Below are positions 58,092 to 64,000 of a stretch of DNA of 64,000 bases, piece after piece (within the stretch, counting starts at the first letter, position 1; each line of letters opens with the position of its first letter). The notes under the pieces were generated by a model, which did not search any database, had not been told where the DNA came from, and saw only the letters and a program-made list of their open reading frames with translations. This stretch comes from Flavobacteriales bacterium. Lineage in GTDB: Bacteria > Bacteroidota > Bacteroidia > Palsa-965. Position numbers and translations under genes: made by a program. The DNA lies in NCBI GenBank assembly GCA_040377305.1, contig JBEIPA010000009.1, positions 96,001 to 160,000 on the forward strand. The letters are read 5' to 3'.

Positions 58092-58119
58092 GCTCAATGT
58101 TCAACGGTCAAGTGTCAAG
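58092..58119. repeat. 7-mer array (nnTCAAn), one arm
   Basis: GCTCAAT GTTCAAC GGTCAAG TGTCAAG. Confidence 0.55.
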
Positions 58120-58132
58120 TGAAAAACAAAAC

Positions 58133-58172
58133 AAAAACGCTCTTCTCAGCCGCGGCTGACGAAGAGCGCTTT
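58133..58172. terminator. Intrinsic terminator
   Basis: AAAAACGCTCTTC-TCAGCC-GC-GGCTGA-C-GAAGAGCG. Confidence 0.7.
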
Positions 58173-58243
58173 CGCCCAGACCAATTAACACACAATCAAA
58201 ATTCCAGCGGCATAAAAACCCATATCTACACAGCTGGATAAAT

Positions 58244-61200
58244 TTATTTCAGCAACGTTACACTTCCTGTGAATTTGTGTTGCTTGCCTTCGAAGTCTTT
58301 GATGAATACCTTATAAACATAAACGTCTTGCTGTGCAATTTCAGTTCCTCCGCTTGCGCGACCGTCCCAACCTTCGTAGAGATCATCGCTTTCGAAAATC
58401 AGGTTGCCCCAACGGTCGTACATCTGCATGGTAAACGTGTTGATCTCTGTTGCGTAAACGTAGAATGATTCGTTGATACCGTCCCCGTTTGGCGTGAATG
58501 CAGTTGGAATGAAGATGGTGAACTCCGGCGTTACTTCCACGAGGTGTTCTACCGTATCCATGCATCCACCGAATGATTCTGCAATCAAGCGAACATTGTA
58601 GGTTCCAACGCGAGCGTACGTATGTGCAGGTGAAGCGAGTGTTGATGTTGCTGTGTCGCCAAAATCCCAGAGCCATCCCAGTGTATTAACCGAACACAGG
58701 TCGGTGAATAGGATCGTTGGTTCTACAATTGTCACCTCGTCGGTTGATGAAGTGAAATTGGCAAGTGGAGAATCGTAGACGATAAGCGTCACCTGATTAC
58801 TGTTGGTGCCCGTGCAACCGAACGGACTTGTTGCCGTTACACTCACGGTGTAGTTTCCACTCAGTGTGTAATCGTGGTTCGTAGTTGCACCGGTTCCTGT
58901 TGAGTTGTCGCCAAAATCCCAGAAGTAAGTACAACCTGTATTTACTGCTGCGGTATCATTGAACGTAAGATTAACCGCATCACAACCTGAACCAAACTGC
59001 GGATCAAGCGTTACAACCGGAATCTGATGCACTGTTACCTGTGTGGTAGCAGGAACAACAACTCCACAAATGTTTGTTACGTTCACGCTGTAAGTTGTTG
59101 TTTGCGTTGGATACACCGTGTGTGGACCAGGTCCGAATACATTGATGCTCCAGTTCCATGTGAGTGGGCCGGTATTTCCGTTTACGCTGGTTGTAATTTG
59201 TGCACTTGCGCCTGCGCAGATGGATGGAGATGAAGATACACTCAGGTTCGCAGGAGAGAATTGGAACACATCAGCCGCAATGGTAAGCGGTGCACTTGCA
59301 CATCCGTTCGCATCGACTGCACTCACTGTCCATGTTGTTGGCGCAGCAGCATACACGGTGTATGAACTTGCATTTCCGAGATTCGGCGACCAGTTGTAGG
59401 TGTATGTTCCTGTTCCACCTGATCCGTAAGCTGCGATCATGAAAGCCTGGTTCAGACAAATTGTATCGCCGGGAGAAACCGCAACCACCACAGGCGTTGG
59501 TTCAGTGATTGTAACTGTGCCGATTGTTGCACACCCGTTTGCATCTGTAACTGTAACGGTGAACATTCCTGCAATCATGTTGGCTGCGTTTGCGTTGAAC
59601 TGTGCAGGCATTGTGTTCCAGCTATACGTGTAGGGAGCAGTTCCGCCTGATGATTGTACAGCGGCAGTTCCGTCGTTGCCACCATGACAGGTAACAGGAG
59701 TCCAACCAGTCATGATTGTATTCAGCGCCGGTGGCTGGGTAATGTTTATCGTGTTTACAGAAACGCACCCGTTTGCATCAATGATTGTTGCGGAAACATT
59801 TCCTGCACTGAGATTGATTGCATTCAAACCATTCTGCACCGGATTACTGCTCCAGGATACATTGTATGGACCAACACCGCCGTTTACGTTGATGGAAGTT
59901 GAGCCATTTGCGCCACCGTAACAAGTAACATCAGAAACGTTAATCGTACTGGTGATTGCAAGTGGTTCTGTGATTGACACATTTTGTGTTGTCGTGCAAC
60001 CATTCGCATCAGAGATCACGACACTGTAGTTTCCTGCAGTGAGACTAGTTGCCGTTGCAGTTGTTTGCGCAGGTGCAGAATTCCAGCTGTAGTTATAAGG
60101 TAGTGTCCCCCCTGATGGTGTTGTACTCGCAGAGCCGTTTGTTCCCTGAGCGCATGTTACATCACTGATTACATTGCTGATTGCAGTGAGTGCAGATAGC
60201 GGTTGTGTAATCGTGTACGTTGCAGTTTGTGTACAACCACTTGCTGTAGTAACAACCACACTGTATGTTCCTGCAGAAACTCCAATGAGATTTGCAGTTG
60301 TTGTGTTGTTCGACCACTGATAGGTGTATGGTTGTTGTCCACCGTTAACGTTTAAGTAAATGTCTTCTGTTCCGCCGAAGCACGCAATGTCGTTGTAAGT
60401 TGCCGTAACGTTTGAATTCGCCGGACCAGGAATAACAACAGCCACTGCGTTCGAGACGCATCCCGTAGCATCTGTAACATACACGGTATAAGTTCCCGCG
60501 GTTAACCCATTCGCGTTGGCGCTATTGCCTCCTGAGGGTTGCCAGTTGAAACTATACGGACCGGTCCCTCCGGTAGCTAGTGCAGTTGCAGTGCCATTTG
60601 ATGCACCACAGTTAGTGGCTGTTGTAGTTACGCCCACGTTGAACCCAGTAACCGTTATGCAGAAAGCATAGGTTTGAGATCCCGCGTATGGACATGCATC
60701 ATCGCTCACAGTTACAGTGAAGCACCATGGCGTTGTACTGATATCGGCTTGTGTTGGAATCCACGAGAAGTTTCCTGTTGGAAGCGGTCCACCAGTTGTG
60801 TTAAATGTTCCGCCGGCGATTCCGCTGTTCCAGGTCATCGTAATATTTTGTCCTGCATCCGGATCGTTTGAAAAAATGTTGAACTGAATAAGGGAGCCGG
60901 CGCAACCGGATATACTATATGTATTTGTATTGTTAATTCCGGTTGCAGACGGAAGGTTATTGTTGCACATCACCGTGCGTACTTGTATGTCGCGAACAAT
61001 TGTTCCGATCAGAACTCCGTTTCTCCATTCCTCAACGCGAACAGCCATCACTGCTACAATGATCTGGCTTGGATTCATACAGATGTCGCCTGTTACCGGA
61101 TTTATGGAGACAGCCGGAACGGAAGGTATAGGATTCACTGCGGAATAAGGTGCGAGGAATGTCACCGGTGCAGCAGGGCCCGACAGTGGATCGACTAACG

Positions 61201-61807
61201 AATAAGCGAGTGAATCGCCATCGATATCGAGCGCTCCGTGATTGAAGCAATAGCTTTGTCCGGCACAGATAAACGGAACCGGACGGTTAGAAAACGAAGG
61301 TGAATTATTGCAAACAGCAACTACGTTATTTAATGTGGTTTCGATATAGATGTTTTGCCCGCCGGGATTGCTGATGGTGTTGATTGCAGTGTTGCGGCAA
61401 CAAAGTGTGAAACTGAATACCCAATCGGTGCAGGCTTGCGGAAGAATAATTGTGCCTTCGTAAATCCACTCCTGAACGCCAGGATACAATCCGCCGGCAC
61501 ATTCTGTAGTGAGTGTAGGACAAATGGGAGTTACATCTTGTCCTGTTCCTGCAATCGGGTAAAGTGTAGTTGAAAAATTCTGGTTGCAGGAGATTGATGA
61601 AATGTCAATGTTAACGTTTGCAGGTGCGTTTACTCCTGCACAATCGCGATAGAACGCAAGGCGTAACCGATATTGGTTGTTGCCTAAACACGTGTAAGTG
61701 AGATCACCTCCTTGTGCGTGTGAAGCATAAGCTTCTCCGGATAGCTGAATGAAACCTACAATCAGCAGCAGTATTAATTTCCAGTTTATTGTGTAAGCCT
61801 GTTTCAT
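58244..61807 (-). CDS. Large SprB-repeat/PKD adhesin-like protein with T9SS type B CTD
   Basis: ASH..GG.LTY.C N-terminus, GG..PY.Y.W and DANGC repeats, IPTAFTPNGDGIN, YDRWG; ATG 61807. Confidence 0.9.
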   Translation of the reverse strand: MKQAYTINWKLILLLIVGFIQLSGEAYASHAQGGDLTYTCLGNNQYRLRLAFYRDCAGVNAPANVNIDISSISCNQNFSTTLYPIAGTGQDVTPICPTLTTECAGGLYPGVQEWIYEGTIILPQACTDWVFSFTLCCRNTAINTISNPGGQNIYIETTLNNVVAVCNNSPSFSNRPVPFICAGQSYCFNHGALDIDGDSLAYSLVDPLSGPAAPVTFLAPYSAVNPIPSVPAVSINPVTGDICMNPSQIIVAVMAVRVEEWRNGVLIGTIVRDIQVRTVMCNNNLPSATGINNTNTYSISGCAGSLIQFNIFSNDPDAGQNITMTWNSGIAGGTFNTTGGPLPTGNFSWIPTQADISTTPWCFTVTVSDDACPYAGSQTYAFCITVTGFNVGVTTTATNCGASNGTATALATGGTGPYSFNWQPSGGNSANANGLTAGTYTVYVTDATGCVSNAVAVVIPGPANSNVTATYNDIACFGGTEDIYLNVNGGQQPYTYQWSNNTTTANLIGVSAGTYSVVVTTASGCTQTATYTITQPLSALTAISNVISDVTCAQGTNGSASTTPSGGTLPYNYSWNSAPAQTTATATSLTAGNYSVVISDANGCTTTQNVSITEPLAITSTINVSDVTCYGGANGSTSINVNGGVGPYNVSWSSNPVQNGLNAINLSAGNVSATIIDANGCVSVNTINITQPPALNTIMTGWTPVTCHGGNDGTAAVQSSGGTAPYTYSWNTMPAQFNANAANMIAGMFTVTVTDANGCATIGTVTITEPTPVVVAVSPGDTICLNQAFMIAAYGSGGTGTYTYNWSPNLGNASSYTVYAAAPTTWTVSAVDANGCASAPLTIAADVFQFSPANLSVSSSPSICAGASAQITTSVNGNTGPLTWNWSINVFGPGPHTVYPTQTTTYSVNVTNICGVVVPATTQVTVHQIPVVTLDPQFGSGCDAVNLTFNDTAAVNTGCTYFWDFGDNSTGTGATTNHDYTLSGNYTVSVTATSPFGCTGTNSNQVTLIVYDSPLANFTSSTDEVTIVEPTILFTDLCSVNTLGWLWDFGDTATSTLASPAHTYARVGTYNVRLIAESFGGCMDTVEHLVEVTPEFTIFIPTAFTPNGDGINESFYVYATEINTFTMQMYDRWGNLIFESDDLYEGWDGRASGGTEIAQQDVYVYKVFIKDFEGKQHKFTGSVTLLK

Positions 61808-61865
61808 ATTTCCCTCTCTTTCCTGGTTAGTGTGTGTTTTGTCCCGGCGATGGAGCTTTGTGCTA

Positions 61866-61888
61866 CTTCGACTACGCTCAGTCTGACA
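61866..61888 (+). repeat. REP-like CTTCGAC-nnn-GCTCAG element
   Basis: CTTCGACTACGCTCAGTCTGACA. Confidence 0.6.
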
Positions 61889-62204
61889 AAGCATCGTCTT
61901 CCGGGGAAAGTTTTTCTGGAATGGATTTTGAAGCAAAGAACTTATGGGTTGAACGGCGAGGGTTTAATCGCAGTTACACGCTGTGGAGCATGAACACATG
62001 TTCATAAATAATTATGCATGCATAATAAAATGCGGAAATCGCTGAAGGCGTGCATTTCAGAATTGCTTCACGAAAAGGTTACAGTGTTGCGATGTAACTA
62101 AAATAAAGTTCGTGCGTAAACCACGCTTGTGTTCACTGCTGAATCTGCAAAAATCAGGGTTACAAAAAAACAGTGATTTCCGATAAAGTGTAATTGAAAT
62201 CGGA

Positions 62205-64000
62205 TTAACGGACGCGCATCCCCATAATGAGCACATCGTCCACTTGATCGAGAGATCCCTTCCAGGACATAAATTCTCCGCGCAAAAGTTCTTCTTGCTG
62301 CTCCACATTTTTAGCACTGATTTGCACCAATAACTCACGAAGTCTTTTGTATTTCAGTTTTTTTCCGGCGGGGCCGCCAAACTGATCCGCGTATCCGTCC
62401 GAGAATAAATAAACCATATCGCCCGGTAACATCGCGATTTCATGATTCGTATAAGAATCGACTACACCATCGACATTTACGCCTATCGGTGATTTGTCGG
62501 CTTTTATTTGTGAGAGCTGACCCTCGCGAACCATGTACAGCGGATTAAATGCGCCTGCGTATTGCAGTGTACGTGTTTCCGGACGATAGCTGCAAATGGA
62601 AATATCCATTCCATCTTTCACTGTGCTTCCGGAATCGGATTGTCGCAGTAATTTGTTCACGCCGTAATCGAGCTCCCGAAGAATCTCTGAGGGTTTCGTG
62701 AGATGCATTTCTTTCACGGCACGGTTGAGCAAATTGAATCCGACAACAGACATCAGCGCCCCCGGAACACCATGACCGGTGCAGTCAACCGAAGCGAAAA
62801 TGCGATGTCCGCCTTCTTCTTCTACCCAATAGAAATCTCCGCTTACAACATCCTTTGGCATATACAGAATGAAACTTTCCGGAATCACTTGCTTTACCGC
62901 ATGAACAGGAGCAAGAATCGAATCCTGAATTCTTCTCGCATAGTTGATGCTATCCGTGATCTCATCTTTCTGATGCATGATTTCACGATTTGTATTTTCG
63001 AGAACACGGGCAATTTGTTTCTTCGTACGGAAACGTGAGTACAGCAGAAGTGAAAGGAGAATCAGAATCGCCACACCGCCTGCCAATAAGCTGACTTTGT
63101 TTCGCAGAAGCTCTTCGTCGAGTTGTGACTGAGCTGCCTGAGCATTCAACTCTTCCTGTTTTTTCCGAATGCTGTAGTTCTGGCTCTGTTGTTCAATCTT
63201 GCGCATCGCATCTTCTCCGTGAATCAATTCGTTGAGATCGACATACAGACGCAAATACCACAACGCAGAATCTGAATTACCAAGGTCGCCAAATTCATCA
63301 GACAGATTCTTGTACGTTACCAGCAAATCTTCTTTCAGATTGTACTGCATGGCGATTCTGTATCCGAAGCGGTAATAGTACATCGCTGAATCTTTATTAC
63401 CGATAGAATCGTGAAGATTTCCAAGTGTACGCAGAGAAGAAACCAGACCTTCCGGTCGTTGCAAATCTGTGTTCATCCCACGGGCGGTGTGGAGATAAAA
63501 CAGTGCGCTGTCGAACTGACCGAGGTGAAACAAACTGGCTCCTACATTATTATACGCAGAAGCGGCTTTCGCATTCGCATTCAGTTCTTTGAACATCACG
63601 AGCGCCTGACGAAAGAAGACCAAGGCCGAATCATACGACCCCTGTTCTTCAAGTATTGCGCCGATATTAGCTACTGCAGATGCTTCGAAAACTTTGTTCT
63701 GCTTACTACGGCGATTCAGCTCCAATGCACTTACGTAATTGCGGAGTGCTTCCTTATGATCACCTTGCCCGTATTCAATATTGCCGAGCGTGAGTTTACA
63801 AACAGCAATTCCAAATGTATCGTTCAGTTCTTCCTGCAAGGTGAGTGAATTCATCACGTATGAGGCAGCGGTGCTGTAATCTGCTGTCTTCTGATACACG
63901 TTAGAAATGTTCAGCAGGATTCTCGCTTCTTCTGATTTTGAGTTCTGCAGTTTGGTAACAGCAAGGGAGGAATCGTAATACACAATTGCATCGGCATACA
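62205..64000 (-). CDS. TPR-sensor SpoIIE/PP2C phosphatase (5' end outside window)
   Basis: TPRs, TM, DSINYARRIQ, VSGDFYW, DCTGHGVPGA, FSDGYADQFGG. Confidence 0.9.
   Translation of the reverse strand, partial: YADAIVYYDSSLAVTKLQNSKSEEARILLNISNVYQKTADYSTAASYVMNSLTLQEELNDTFGIAVCKLTLGNIEYGQGDHKEALRNYVSALELNRRSKQNKVFEASAVANIGAILEEQGSYDSALVFFRQALVMFKELNANAKAASAYNNVGASLFHLGQFDSALFYLHTARGMNTDLQRPEGLVSSLRTLGNLHDSIGNKDSAMYYYRFGYRIAMQYNLKEDLLVTYKNLSDEFGDLGNSDSALWYLRLYVDLNELIHGEDAMRKIEQQSQNYSIRKKQEELNAQAAQSQLDEELLRNKVSLLAGGVAILILLSLLLYSRFRTKKQIARVLENTNREIMHQKDEITDSINYARRIQDSILAPVHAVKQVIPESFILYMPKDVVSGDFYWVEEEGGHRIFASVDCTGHGVPGALMSVVGFNLLNRAVKEMHLTKPSEILRELDYGVNKLLRQSDSGSTVKDGMDISICSYRPETRTLQYAGAFNPLYMVREGQLSQIKADKSPIGVNVDGVVDSYTNHEIAMLPGDMVYLFSDGYADQFGGPAGKKLKYKRLRELLVQISAKNVEQQEELLRGEFMSWKGSLDQVDDVLIMGMRVR

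Noticed and set aside
5036-58119. CRISPR interpretation of the intergenic repeats
   Set aside because: Units are 7-9 nt with no unique spacers and no cas genes are present.

Overview
This 64-kb window is chromosomal DNA from a Bacteroidota bacterium. The evidence is TAnnTTTG promoters, T9SS genes (porP-family, porW/sprE, type A and B cargo) and an atp operon lacking atpD/atpC. The backbone is housekeeping: purN, acpP-fabF-rnc, uvrC, lysS, gpsA, panE, atpZ/I/B/E/F/H/A/G, dxr, rseP, truA and an MlaFED-type ABC system, interspersed with single secreted or lipoprotein genes. The window opens with a 5'-truncated tRNA(CAT) plus terminator that looks like the attR end of an island to the left. The most unusual signal is intergenic. 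A four-helix-bundle (TIGR02436/Avd-like) gene sits between two inverted arrays of an 8-nt tandem repeat. The same architecture (inverted arrays of degenerate 7-9-nt units, with different unit sequences) recurs empty or one-armed at more than 15 other gene junctions. The arrays often start at a stop codon or end at a promoter, occur inside the atp operon and bound accessory islets. All product calls come from motif recognition; no database searches were run.
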